Source: a virus
Lineage: Duplodnaviria; Caudoviricetes
Length of the DNA: 24,244 bases
Strand: one strand, 5' to 3'
Virus record (IMG/VR): IMGVR_UViG_3300042470_000903
Coordinates: 1 to 24,244 of that record
Shown here one piece after another: positions 1-9,553 of the stretch (positions are counted from its first letter, which is position 1; the number at the start of each line of letters is the position of its first letter). The notes below the pieces were generated by a model. It saw nothing but the letters and a program-made list of their open reading frames with translations. It did no database searches and had not been told where the DNA came from. The position numbers and the translations under genes are program-made.

Positions 1-1
1 C

Positions 2-340
2 AGCGCCGGTTTCACGTTCGCCGGGCTGACGGGAAAGATCACCGCCATCGACGTTTCGGCGAGCGCGGCGCAGACCGACGTGTCGCATCTTGGCGTTGCG
101 GCGGGTCAGCGTCGGCTGTTCAAGAAATCGCCGCTGTCGGACAGCCCCGAGGTGAAGGTTGACTTCATCGGCGACGGCCTGCCGACCGTTGGTGTGAAGA
201 GTAGTTTCACGCTGACCGGAAATTTTGGCAGCACCAAGGCCAGCGAATGCACGCAAGCAATCTGCACGCAAGCCAGCGTGAAGGCCGCGGTCGGAGACCT
301 CATCAAAGGCAGTGCCACCTTCAAGCTCAGTAAGGAGTAG
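2..340 (+). CDS. Tail tube-like protein, paralog 1 (5' truncated)
   Basis: Frame is open from position 2 (SAGFTFAGLTGKITAIDVSASAAQTDVSHLG...VKAAVGDLIKGSATFKL). It aligns by eye with the next two ORFs and lies upstream of the chaperone and tape measure. Confidence 0.7.
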   Translation, partial: SAGFTFAGLTGKITAIDVSASAAQTDVSHLGVAAGQRRLFKKSPLSDSPEVKVDFIGDGLPTVGVKSSFTLTGNFGSTKASECTQAICTQASVKAAVGDLIKGSATFKLSKE

Positions 341-347
341 TTGAACG

Positions 348-713
348 ATGCCCAACAACCCCATCGCAACGTCGCAGGGTGCCACGCTGTCGTTCGGCGG
401 CACCATCGGCCATATCACCGGCATCGACGTGAGCCGCGCGGGCGGCACCATCGACGTGAGCGACCTGTCGCTTGATGACGGCGACCCGCGGTCCTACGAA
501 CCGGCGCAGCTGCTCGACGGTGACGAGGTCAAGGTGGAGGCGCTCTACTCCACCGCGGAGAGCTATCCTGCGGTTGGCGACGAGGACACCCTCACCACGT
601 CCGTCGGCGGCATCACCGGTACGGCCATCGTGACGGCGGTCAGCGTCAAGTACGCGGTCGGCGAGGTCGTGAAGCTCTCGCTCACGTTCAAGCTTGGCGG
701 CACGCTCGACTGA
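348..713 (+). CDS. Tail tube-like protein, paralog 2
   Basis: 121 aa, beta-rich: SQGATLSFGGTIGHITGIDVS ... VKYAVGEVVKLSLTFKL. Tail-module position. Confidence 0.75.
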   Translation: MPNNPIATSQGATLSFGGTIGHITGIDVSRAGGTIDVSDLSLDDGDPRSYEPAQLLDGDEVKVEALYSTAESYPAVGDEDTLTTSVGGITGTAIVTAVSVKYAVGEVVKLSLTFKLGGTLD

Positions 714-731
714 ACCGTTGGGGGTGACGCC

Positions 732-1094
732 GTGTTGATTTCTGCGCAAGGCGTCACCGCAACTTTCAGCGGCAGCAATCTTGGTAAGGTCACCGACATC
801 GACGGTGACTTCAACACGTCGCTCAAGGAAATCCGCCCGCTCGCCAACACCAACGACGAAGCGGGACGGTATCTGTCGGTCTACGAAAAGACCCTCTGCG
901 ACCACGTCGTGACTCTGTCCGCGTTTGCGGAGCAGTTTTCCAGCGACAACGTGGGTGCGTCCGGCACGCTGCTCATTTCGGGCAGCAACTGGTCGTTGAC
1001 GTTTCCTTCAGCGGTCATGGAGAAACTCAAGGTCACGGCGAAGGTCGGTGACTATTTACGCGTGTCCTACACTTTTCGCAGATCGTTTCAGTGA
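732..1094 (+). CDS. Tail tube-like protein, paralog 3
   Basis: 120 aa: AQGVTATFSGSNLGKVTDID ... VTAKVGDYLRVSYTFRR, with the same terminal motifs as the two preceding ORFs. Confidence 0.65.
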   Translation: MLISAQGVTATFSGSNLGKVTDIDGDFNTSLKEIRPLANTNDEAGRYLSVYEKTLCDHVVTLSAFAEQFSSDNVGASGTLLISGSNWSLTFPSAVMEKLKVTAKVGDYLRVSYTFRRSFQ

Positions 1095-1114
1095 CACATA
1101 CCAAGGAGGCTTCC

Positions 1115-1459
1115 ATGCCGCTGACCAAAGAGCAGATTCTCGCCGCCAACGACCGTTCGACCAAAGAGGTTGCCGTCCCCGAGTGGGGCGACACCGTGCT
1201 GCTTCGCGTGATGAGCGGCACCGAGCGCGAATCGTTTGAACGCGAGTGGCAGTCCACGGAGGACAAGCTGCTGCCGCAGTACCGGCTCAAGATGCTCCGC
1301 CGCTGCCTGTGCGACGCCAACGGCGCACCGCTGTTCAGCGACGCCGAGCTTTCCGCGCTTGGCGAAAAGTCGGCGCTTGTCATCGAACGTCTGTTCCGTG
1401 AGTGCATGAGGATGAATGGCTTTGAGGCTGGCAACTTGGAGGACGCGGCAAAAAACTAG
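1115..1459 (+). CDS. Tail assembly chaperone (lambda gpG analog)
   Basis: SD AAGGAGG at 1103-1109 before ATG 1115. N-terminus LTKEQILAAND...EVAVPEWGDTVLLRVMSG is typical of these chaperones. Ends in a slippery site just upstream of the tape measure. Confidence 0.9.
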   Translation: MPLTKEQILAANDRSTKEVAVPEWGDTVLLRVMSGTERESFEREWQSTEDKLLPQYRLKMLRRCLCDANGAPLFSDAELSALGEKSALVIERLFRECMRMNGFEAGNLEDAAKN

Positions 1460-1479
1460 ACCGCCCTCCGAGGGAGGGC
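1450..1479 (+). promoter_or_regulatory. Programmed -1 ribosomal frameshift signal
   Basis: A AAA AAC heptamer (1450-1456) just before TAG, a 6-nt spacer, then stem GCCCTCC/GGAGGGC (1463-1479). The -1 frame is open to 1791. Confidence 0.9.
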
Positions 1480-1791
1480 CACGTCTCGCGCAAGTTCTAC
1501 TTTCGTCTCGCTCTCGCGTTGGGCTGCACGGTCAAAGAACTGCTGCAACGCTGCGACGCTGCGGAGTTGGCGGAGTGGCAGGCGTACTACATACACGAAC
1601 CGTGGGGGCAGTCGTGGCGGCAGACCGCAACGATTGCCAGCGTCGTGGCGTGGTCCGCCGGTGCAAAGGACGTGGACGAGGGAAACTTTTTGCCGTGCTA
1701 CTACGAGCGGCCAATGTCGCCGGATGACATCCAGCGCGAGCTTATGAAGCTGGGCGGGTTGTTCAAGAAGACAGAGGGTGGCGATGGCTGA
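1456..1791 (+). CDS. Frameshift extension of the tail chaperone (gpT-like part of gpGT)
   Basis: The -1 frame reads LDRPPREGHVSRKFYFRLALALGCTVKELLQRCDAAELAEWQAYY...; LA..LG.TV.EL and E..EW.AY are gpT-like motifs. Confidence 0.85.
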   Translation, partial: LDRPPREGHVSRKFYFRLALALGCTVKELLQRCDAAELAEWQAYYIHEPWGQSWRQTATIASVVAWSAGAKDVDEGNFLPCYYERPMSPDDIQRELMKLGGLFKKTEGGDG

Positions 1792-4700
1792 CGCAATCGG
1801 TTCCGTTCGCGCCACGTTCACCGCCTCCGCCGCGGGTCTGCTTGGTGCCATTGGGCAGTCGGTGTCCGGCTTTGGGCAGTTCGCCGCGTCGGCCAAGCGT
1901 ACCGCCGCGCAGCAGGCCGACTTCCAAACCAAGATGGCGGCGTTGTCCGCTGGCATGGCCGACGGCAGCGTGTCCGTGGAGGACTACGCGACCGCTTACA
2001 CGCGGCTCCAGACGCGGTTCAAGGGAGCGGTGTCGGAGGCTGACCGCATCAAGGCGGGGCTTGATGCCTTGCGAGGCTCGCAGGCCGCGGCGTCAATGTC
2101 GGCGGAGCAATACGCCGAGGCCGAGGCGCAGGTGGTCGCGTCCGCAAAGGCCGCGACGCCAGCACTTGAAAAGCTCAAGAACGAATTGGCGCAGAACAAA
2201 GCCGACTTTGTTGCCGGGAAGATTTCTGTGGAGGAGTACCGCGACGCCATCGCGAGGCTCCCCGGCGCACTCAACGGATCGGAGTCCGACCAGCAGGCGT
2301 TCAACCGCGTGCTGCAAGAAACCCGCGGCGTCATGGCGGAGATGGAAGCGCCGACCGCCAAGTACGAAAAGCAACTCGCCACGCTGGATGACGCGCTCCA
2401 GCGCGGCATCATTGACGATCAGCAGTACGCCGCCGCGACAAAGAACGTGCAAGACGCGATGGCGGCGGCGGACCCCGCGGCAAAGGCGCTTGCCGACACG
2501 ATGGCCCGCGGCAAGGCGGTCACGGAAGCCAACCTCACCGCAACCGAGAAGTACGACGCCGAGGTGGCGGAGCTTCGCGACCTGCTCTCGCAAGGCGCGA
2601 TCAGCCAAGAGACGTTTACCCGCGCGGTCGCAGCCGCCAACCCGGAGACGAAGAAACTCGCCGAGGCGATGGAGCGTGGCAAGCAGGTCACGGAGTCCAA
2701 CCGCACCGCAACCGAGAAGTACGAGGCCGAGCTTGCCGACCTGCGTGGGCTGCTGGCGCAGGGTGCAATCTCGCAGGAGACGTTTGCACGCGCCAGCAGG
2801 AAGGCGGAGGACTCGCTCAAGGCGTCGGACAAAAGCTCCAACGAGTTTGCGAACGGAATGTCCGCACTGCCCGGTCCCATCGGTGCGGCGGCGCGTGCGC
2901 TCAACTCGTTCGGCGGCGGGTTGCAGAACGTCATCAAGGGGTTCAGCGGTGGCCCGATTGCTGGCTTGAAGGGAATGTTCAGCGGCGTCGGCGATGGGCT
3001 ATCCAACGCCTTCTCGTCGGGCGGAGCCTCGCTTGCCGGGATCGCACCGCAGCTTGCCGTGATGGGCACCGTGGCTACGGCGACGGTGGCGGCGGTCGCG
3101 AGGTTGACCAGCGCGCTTGGTGCAGTCGGCGCGGAGGTGGAGCGCACGCAACAGCTTGCGTCGCGGCTGGGTGTCTCGTTCCAAGAATACGAGACGCTCA
3201 GGGTCGCGGCGTCTAACGCTGGCGTTGAGGTGGAGTCGCTCGCCGGTGCGCAGACAAAGTTCCTCAAGGCGGTCAGCGAAGCACGCGGCGGCGCGAAGGA
3301 GCAGGCCGCGGCGTTTGCCGCCATCGGCATCTCGCAGCGAGAGATTGAAACAACCAACCCCAACGAACTGCTTGAGCAAGCCGCCAAGAAACTCAACGCC
3401 ATCGAAGACCCGGCCACCCGCGCGGCGTTGGCGATGAAGTTGTTCGGCAAGAGCGGCAACGACGTTCTGCCCGCGCTCGCGGCCATCGACGCCACGCGTC
3501 AGGGGATGGCACGGCTTGGCGGCACAATGGGACAGGTCGACGTGAACCGTTTTGCCACGCTGGATGATGCGTTCGATAGCGTCGGCGTTGCGGGTACGCG
3601 GCTTGCCGTCACGCTGCTCACGCCGTTCACGGAGTTTTTCTCGCGGTCGGCAAAGGGTATCGCGGCCATCGCTGGCGGTTTTTCCAAGGCGTTTGCGCCG
3701 CTTGCCAACCTTGGTGCCGAGATTGGCGGCGCGTTCGGCCTAGTCGTAGAGCGTATTGGTGAATCGCTTGGCATGGCCCTTCGCTTCGTTGGCGCGCTCT
3801 TGCAGTTGTCCGGCATACCGGCCATCGCCGCGGCCATCGGCGCGCAGGTTGATATGTTGGCGTCAGCGTTTTCAATGGTCGACTCTTTCCTTGAGCCGTT
3901 GATTGTCGGGCTAGAGACCGTGGCGTCGTTCGTCAACGAAAACATCACGCGTGCCGTCAACGCGATATACGCGGGGGTCGCCAAGACCGTAGCGTCAACG
4001 ATTGAATGGGTGTCGCAAAGCAGCCTGTTGCTGCCGCTTGTGACGGGACTTTCCAACGCCGCGGGTTTTGTCTTCAACGCGTTCAAGCAGATCGGCGGGT
4101 ACGTGACGTTCATCGTTGAACAGCTTGAACGCTGGGCCGGTGTCGAGCCTCCAAAGGCAACGTCACCGGAAGACAAGGAAGCCATCGAAGCGCAGATGAA
4201 GGCGAAGGAGGACGCCGAGAAGGCGGAGGCCGACCGCCAGAAAAAGGCGGAGGACCGCGCCAATGCGATCAAGGAAGGCCTGCTGTCACCATACGAGAAG
4301 ATGCAGGAGAAGATCGCGGAGGTCAACGACTTGGAGCAGCGTGGCCTGCTCACCGCCGAGCAGCGTGCCGCCGAGGAGGCGAAGATACGCGACGAGTTTG
4401 CGAAACAAGACCCGCTCGCGCAGAGCGCCGCCAAGTATGCGGAGGAGCAGAAGAAAGCGTCCGCCGACATCTCACAGGAAATCGAAAAGTCCGCCAAGGC
4501 TGGCAAAGACCTTGGTGCCGCCGGTCAGGATGCACGCGACCAGTTCGCGTCCGCCGCGAGCGAAATCAAGGACAAGCTAGACAAGGGACTCATCGACCCC
4601 GAGGAAGCACGCAAGCAAATGTCGGAAGCCGCCGATGCAATGAACGAAGAACTGAAGCGCGTCGGCGAGGACTTGGATTTTGCCAAGAAGATTCGCGAGG

Positions 4701-5332
4701 GACTCCAGACGGAGGGGCAAAAGGTCGCCGCCGAAATCAAGAAGATTGACGATAACAAGTCGCTGACCGAGGAGGAAAAAGACGCGGCGAAAAAGCAGGT
4801 GCGTGACAAGGCGAAGGAGTCGCTGCCCGGTGGCGGCGAGGAGACGCTTGCCGACAAGTTCAACAAGGACCGCCAGGAATTGCAGGACGCGTTCGACAAC
4901 GGCGTCATAGATTCCGACGAACTTGAAAAGCGCACCGGCGAACTAAAGAAGAAACTCACCGAGTCGCTTCCCGGCAAAGCGGAGCAGGACGCGTCCGACA
5001 AGTTCCGCGAGGAGCAGGAAGAACTGCGAGACGCTGTCGACGCCGGGATCATCGACCCCGAGCAGTTCAAGGAGCGGATGGGCAACCTGCGGAGTGAGCT
5101 TGAGGACTCCGTCGCGGACGAGAAGGACAAGCGCGAAAGAAACGCGGGACCGGACCGCCGCGCCAACCAAGCCGTTGACGTGAACAGCAGCGAGGGGGCC
5201 AGCACGTTCTTCCGGCTGCTCCGCGGACAAGATGACCCGACCAAGAAGCAGCTCAAGGAAATGGAAAAGCAAACGCGACTGCTTGCCAAGGTCGCGGATG
5301 ACTTGGCCGACACGGAGGTCATCGACATATGA
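1784..5332 (+). CDS. Tail tape measure protein
   Basis: 1182 aa, Ala-rich and helical, directly after the G/GT chaperone. Has a TMP-like core (QQLASRLGVSFQEYETLRVAA...AMKLFGKSG) and internal repeats. Confidence 0.93.
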   Translation: MADAIGSVRATFTASAAGLLGAIGQSVSGFGQFAASAKRTAAQQADFQTKMAALSAGMADGSVSVEDYATAYTRLQTRFKGAVSEADRIKAGLDALRGSQAAASMSAEQYAEAEAQVVASAKAATPALEKLKNELAQNKADFVAGKISVEEYRDAIARLPGALNGSESDQQAFNRVLQETRGVMAEMEAPTAKYEKQLATLDDALQRGIIDDQQYAAATKNVQDAMAAADPAAKALADTMARGKAVTEANLTATEKYDAEVAELRDLLSQGAISQETFTRAVAAANPETKKLAEAMERGKQVTESNRTATEKYEAELADLRGLLAQGAISQETFARASRKAEDSLKASDKSSNEFANGMSALPGPIGAAARALNSFGGGLQNVIKGFSGGPIAGLKGMFSGVGDGLSNAFSSGGASLAGIAPQLAVMGTVATATVAAVARLTSALGAVGAEVERTQQLASRLGVSFQEYETLRVAASNAGVEVESLAGAQTKFLKAVSEARGGAKEQAAAFAAIGISQREIETTNPNELLEQAAKKLNAIEDPATRAALAMKLFGKSGNDVLPALAAIDATRQGMARLGGTMGQVDVNRFATLDDAFDSVGVAGTRLAVTLLTPFTEFFSRSAKGIAAIAGGFSKAFAPLANLGAEIGGAFGLVVERIGESLGMALRFVGALLQLSGIPAIAAAIGAQVDMLASAFSMVDSFLEPLIVGLETVASFVNENITRAVNAIYAGVAKTVASTIEWVSQSSLLLPLVTGLSNAAGFVFNAFKQIGGYVTFIVEQLERWAGVEPPKATSPEDKEAIEAQMKAKEDAEKAEADRQKKAEDRANAIKEGLLSPYEKMQEKIAEVNDLEQRGLLTAEQRAAEEAKIRDEFAKQDPLAQSAAKYAEEQKKASADISQEIEKSAKAGKDLGAAGQDARDQFASAASEIKDKLDKGLIDPEEARKQMSEAADAMNEELKRVGEDLDFAKKIREGLQTEGQKVAAEIKKIDDNKSLTEEEKDAAKKQVRDKAKESLPGGGEETLADKFNKDRQELQDAFDNGVIDSDELEKRTGELKKKLTESLPGKAEQDASDKFREEQEELRDAVDAGIIDPEQFKERMGNLRSELEDSVADEKDKRERNAGPDRRANQAVDVNSSEGASTFFRLLRGQDDPTKKQLKEMEKQTRLLAKVADDLADTEVIDI

Positions 5333-6195
5333 GCGTCACAGCCGTTCGCGAGATCATCGACAACCGCGGTGCCTCGCAGAAGTTTGGCGAGAACGTGAAG
5401 GTGAAGCGTGCCTTCATGGTCACGGTGAACGATGCCACGACTCCGGTCACGGACATATCGGATGCGTGCGGTATCGGGTGGCTTGACCAGCACCCCGACT
5501 TTTCCGCCGTTGTCTGCACGGACATCTCGACGGCGAACGACGGCGACCCACTGCACTACAAGGTCGAGTTCAACTACGACATTCTCAGGCCCGAGGACAA
5601 GGAAGCCGGTCCGACAGCGATGCCGTGGCAGCGACCGGACAAGTTTTCGTTCAACGGCGCGCTGACATCAGTCCCGGCAATCGTCCACTACAACAACGGA
5701 CTTTCCTCGCCGCAGTTGATTGTGAACTCCGCGGGCGACCCGCTTGAAGGCGCGACGCGTGACCAAGCCGAGTGGCGCATCCAAATAAACGGCGCACGGC
5801 AGGCGTTTCCCAAGTCGCTTGCCATGAACTACATCAACGCGGTCAACAGCGATTCGTGGAGCGGATTCCCGGCGAAGACGCTCAAGGTGCAAGGGTTGTC
5901 TGGTCAGCGTGAGGTGGAGCAAATCAACAACACCGAGGTCGCGTACTGGTCAATCTCAGTTGACATCGCGTACCGGCCCGAGGGCTGGGAGTTGAAATTG
6001 TGGGACGTGGGCTACAACGAAATCGTCGGCGGGCAACGTCAGAAAATTCTCGACAAGCTGCGTGAGCCGGTCAGCGATCCGGTGGCGTTGTCGGGCGGGT
6101 CGGCAAAGTCGGCTGGGTCGCCGCCCGATATGCTCACCTTCAAGATTTACCGGGAGGCGTCCTTCGCGGGGATTTTCCCGACGCTGCCGTCATGA
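5329..6195 (+). CDS. Putative tail tip/distal tail protein
   Basis: 288 aa, ATGA overlap with the TMP stop, beta-rich. Function inferred from position only. Confidence 0.6.
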   Translation: MSVTAVREIIDNRGASQKFGENVKVKRAFMVTVNDATTPVTDISDACGIGWLDQHPDFSAVVCTDISTANDGDPLHYKVEFNYDILRPEDKEAGPTAMPWQRPDKFSFNGALTSVPAIVHYNNGLSSPQLIVNSAGDPLEGATRDQAEWRIQINGARQAFPKSLAMNYINAVNSDSWSGFPAKTLKVQGLSGQREVEQINNTEVAYWSISVDIAYRPEGWELKLWDVGYNEIVGGQRQKILDKLREPVSDPVALSGGSAKSAGSPPDMLTFKIYREASFAGIFPTLPS

Positions 6196-6527
6196 GCCGT
6201 GAAAAACGCGTCACGTTCACGCAGGATGCCGCTAAGCAGATTGCCGACGTTGTCAGGCAATCCGGCGACACGCACCGACGGCAGGGTGCGATGCAGGGCG
6301 GTAACAACTCGCAGGCCGCGCCGCACTACTTGAGCAAGACTACGACGGCGTGGGACAAGGGCAGCAGCCAGACGTTGACCATCTGGAGCGGCACCCCCGG
6401 CAGCGAGGCCGCGGCCAGCGGGCAGACCGTCACGGCGTGGAACAAGTTTTCCAAAATCAAGGCGGGCAAGTGGGTGATGCTTGCCAGATGCAATGGCGGG
6501 TTTTATGTCATCAGTGCGGAGTGCTAG
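6192..6527 (+). CDS. Hypothetical tail-associated protein
   Basis: 111 aa, ATGA-coupled to the upstream gene and abutting the next start. Confidence 0.65.
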   Translation: MSREKRVTFTQDAAKQIADVVRQSGDTHRRQGAMQGGNNSQAAPHYLSKTTTAWDKGSSQTLTIWSGTPGSEAAASGQTVTAWNKFSKIKAGKWVMLARCNGGFYVISAEC

Positions 6528-9500
6528 ATGATCGACGCCGCCGACCCGCTCTCCGCTCTCATCTGGTGCGTGTTCATTCTTGCCGCTGGAATGTACCCGC
6601 TGGGAATCATCCTGCCGTGCAGCACCTGCTGCGGCCCCGGAAGCTGCCCGACGCCGATTGACTTCCTCCGGTGCGTTCGGATTGAAGACCCCGACCCCGA
6701 AGAGGTTGAGACAACCTTCCCGGCGGGAACGTCGAACATTCCGCAGACCATGCACGGATGGTCGGTCCCAATCAAGCGCATCACCGACATTGGTGCGCAT
6801 CGCGTTGCTACCAAGTACGCGATCACGGGTCGCGTCACGGTCTTGGGCGCAAACGCAATGTCGGACGGCGAAACGTCCAACGCGGTCTACAAGCTGCACC
6901 TGTTTGAGCAAAACGGATCGCACGGCAAGGGCATCGGTGAGATTCGCGTCACGCTACGCGGCGTGACGCGACCGATGACGTGGGAGCGTTCCTACGTCAT
7001 CGGAACACAGTATGCGTACCTGGGGTTGTATGAGGGACCGGTCCAATGGGAGTACGACGCCAGCAGCAACCAAGACAGCACGACGGCAACGGTGTCCGCG
7101 GAGGTGGTCGAGTGCAACGTGGTGTCCGGTGCGGAGTGGTTGAGCGGCTCGACGGCAACTGCCTCCGCGCTCCGTTCGATGATGACCGTCGCGGTCATTC
7201 CGAGGCACTACATCTACATCGGCTTCCGTGCCGTGTTCACCGCCACTTCCTCGCTGTTCAACTATGTCCCAGCGACAAAGAGCGTGGAGCTTGAGTACGT
7301 CATCCGCCACTCGCGAGGCGGGCTGCATCTCTACAAACGGCTTCGCGTCATGGTCTACAAGTATGCGACCGGGACGATAACGGAAATACCATCGGGCGGT
7401 CTGCCGCCGCTGTCGCTCCCTCCCGCTGGGCAATACGCGGACTCCACGGTTGGCACCTGCTCCACGACCTACGGCGAAGACCCGGCAAGCACACCGGCGT
7501 ATCCGATCAAGACGGTGGAGCTATGCAGCTTGCAGGCGGGGCAGACCATCGTCATGCCGACGATTGAGTACGGCATGACGGGTGATGATTTTTTGAAGCG
7601 AGGTTTTTCGTGCGAGGTGACGCCGGGGAATCATCTCAGCGGGTCGTTCTTTGGATCGACAAATGCTTGGCTGTGGCCTAGCTCATCGCAGTACGGCGAG
7701 GCGGATTGGGAGTTCGCCCTTGACGATTACGTCCAAGCGTCCGACTTGAAATACATCATGCGGTTCCAGATACCCGACGGCACCAACCGCATTGCAACGG
7801 AGTGGAACTTCGACCACGACGAGGTGGCGTCGTTCCTTAACGGCGAGCCGCTTGAGATTGAGATGGGCGGGTACTACGACTACTACAACATCTACGCCCC
7901 GCCGACTCCAGCCATCGTGGTTCGCCGTATCACCATCTCAGCGTCGAACAGGTATTGCGGTGCTGCCCTGTGCGCCGCCGGGGTCGTTGAAGGCTCGACG
8001 CTGTGGGATGCGTATCCATACGGCCAATACACAAATTTCAAGATTTCTCAGGTTGTCCCCGAAACGGTGACGTACACGTCGGCGTTGCCTCGCGCAACGT
8101 GGACGGGGAACAACTCACAAGGGGTGAATGTGCAGGTGACGAACTACTGCACCGGCTCAGACGAGCCGTATGTTGTCGCCATGCGAAAAACACCCGGCGG
8201 CACATACAATTCTTGCGGCTACTACGGAACGCTTGCGACGTGCGACGGGGTAAATGCGGCAAGGGCAAATGCCTTCGTCCAGTACGGCGACGAAACAGGG
8301 GCAAGCGGAGCCTCGCCGTCCGCAGACGCGCGATGGTTTTTTTGCGGTGACCTGCTGTGGGCAATCGAAAACGGACCGTGCCGGGAGACGATCACGATTG
8401 AGGGTCGGCTGTACGAGGCGGGCGGTTTTTCGTCAGGGACGTATGAGCTTGGCGGCGACGATAACGCATCGGCGACCGGACCGCGTTGCGCCGTCGGTTG
8501 GCCGACGAAGGGGGTCTGCCCACCAGCGGACATGACAGTCAGCGTCCCCGGCGGAGACGTGTACGATCTTCGTTGCAACAAGATCGGCACGTTCGACGGC
8601 GGCGACGTGGTTTGCCAGCCAAGCACGGTGACGTGTACGGCTGAGATTTACGTTGGCACCGCACCTTTTTCTGCCCGCGTCCCCGGTTACATCGGTTTCG
8701 GCAGTTTGCAAGTCTTCGCGGGGCGGCGTCGCACAAATTGGTGCAGCCCGTGGCAGCTTGCAGGTAGCCTTGAGTCGAACAACAGCGGAGCCGGATGGAA
8801 TTTCGTGGTGTCAGGTGGTTTCCTGTCCGGCTCCGGTGGATGCGTCCCCACAAGTTGCACCGATGGACGTGGAAACATCTACGCGCTGCCGGGCGTCGCG
8901 GGGTCGTTTACGATTTGCACGACGTTATCTCTTGGCGAAATAGGCGACCCGTCGGAGGACACGACGGCGACCGCCGACCCACAAGAAAAAACAATCCCCG
9001 CGGAGGGCGAGTCGTTCTCCGTGGACTTCTGCTGCCCCGAGATCACGCGGCAATATACGGTCGGAGAAAACAATAGCCGCTATGACAGGTACTTCCCGGT
9101 GGTTCCCAAGGGCGCGACGGCATACGGCGCGACGGCATACGTCACGCAGGAGGGCAAGGGTGACTCGTACTGCCCGTTCGACATCGCGTGGCACCGACTG
9201 TATTTCAGTGGCGAGGAACCGCAGCAGCCGTGGTCTCCGCTGGTGGCACCAACGGTACGATCCTATTCAGACGGCCAAATGTGGCAGCTGCACGGATACG
9301 TTGGCTCGCCAATTTACATTCGCAAGCAATGCCCACTCTACGGAGCCGTGTGGCACCTTGAGTCGCCGCCCTGCGAGTGGACAATCTCGCGCACCGGCAA
9401 CTGGTTCACTGCGGAGAAAACGGAGGACGGCTTGATAAAAGTGCTGGCGACGGAAGACCCGCCGACGCCAACCACCGAAGGCACGATCACGATCACGTCG

Positions 9501-9545
9501 GGGGACAACACGCAAACCGTGCAGGTGAAAATATGGGGGAGCTAG
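6528..9545 (+). CDS. Large Cys-rich putative receptor-binding/tail appendage protein with BACON-like C-terminal segments
   Basis: 1005 aa. Hydrophobic N-terminus followed by CSTCCGPGSC, about 30 Cys in total. The C-terminus EWTISRTGNWFT...GTITITSGDNTQTVQV resembles the BACON pattern. Confidence 0.65.
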   Translation: MIDAADPLSALIWCVFILAAGMYPLGIILPCSTCCGPGSCPTPIDFLRCVRIEDPDPEEVETTFPAGTSNIPQTMHGWSVPIKRITDIGAHRVATKYAITGRVTVLGANAMSDGETSNAVYKLHLFEQNGSHGKGIGEIRVTLRGVTRPMTWERSYVIGTQYAYLGLYEGPVQWEYDASSNQDSTTATVSAEVVECNVVSGAEWLSGSTATASALRSMMTVAVIPRHYIYIGFRAVFTATSSLFNYVPATKSVELEYVIRHSRGGLHLYKRLRVMVYKYATGTITEIPSGGLPPLSLPPAGQYADSTVGTCSTTYGEDPASTPAYPIKTVELCSLQAGQTIVMPTIEYGMTGDDFLKRGFSCEVTPGNHLSGSFFGSTNAWLWPSSSQYGEADWEFALDDYVQASDLKYIMRFQIPDGTNRIATEWNFDHDEVASFLNGEPLEIEMGGYYDYYNIYAPPTPAIVVRRITISASNRYCGAALCAAGVVEGSTLWDAYPYGQYTNFKISQVVPETVTYTSALPRATWTGNNSQGVNVQVTNYCTGSDEPYVVAMRKTPGGTYNSCGYYGTLATCDGVNAARANAFVQYGDETGASGASPSADARWFFCGDLLWAIENGPCRETITIEGRLYEAGGFSSGTYELGGDDNASATGPRCAVGWPTKGVCPPADMTVSVPGGDVYDLRCNKIGTFDGGDVVCQPSTVTCTAEIYVGTAPFSARVPGYIGFGSLQVFAGRRRTNWCSPWQLAGSLESNNSGAGWNFVVSGGFLSGSGGCVPTSCTDGRGNIYALPGVAGSFTICTTLSLGEIGDPSEDTTATADPQEKTIPAEGESFSVDFCCPEITRQYTVGENNSRYDRYFPVVPKGATAYGATAYVTQEGKGDSYCPFDIAWHRLYFSGEEPQQPWSPLVAPTVRSYSDGQMWQLHGYVGSPIYIRKQCPLYGAVWHLESPPCEWTISRTGNWFTAEKTEDGLIKVLATEDPPTPTTEGTITITSGDNTQTVQVKIWGS

Positions 9546-9553
9546 ACGAACCA

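Noticed and set aside
2419-5556. Long minus-strand ORFs 2419-3495, 3499-4506 and 4525-5556
   Set aside because: They are antisense shadows of the tape measure gene, with Ser/Ala-rich non-protein-like composition typical of GC-rich DNA.
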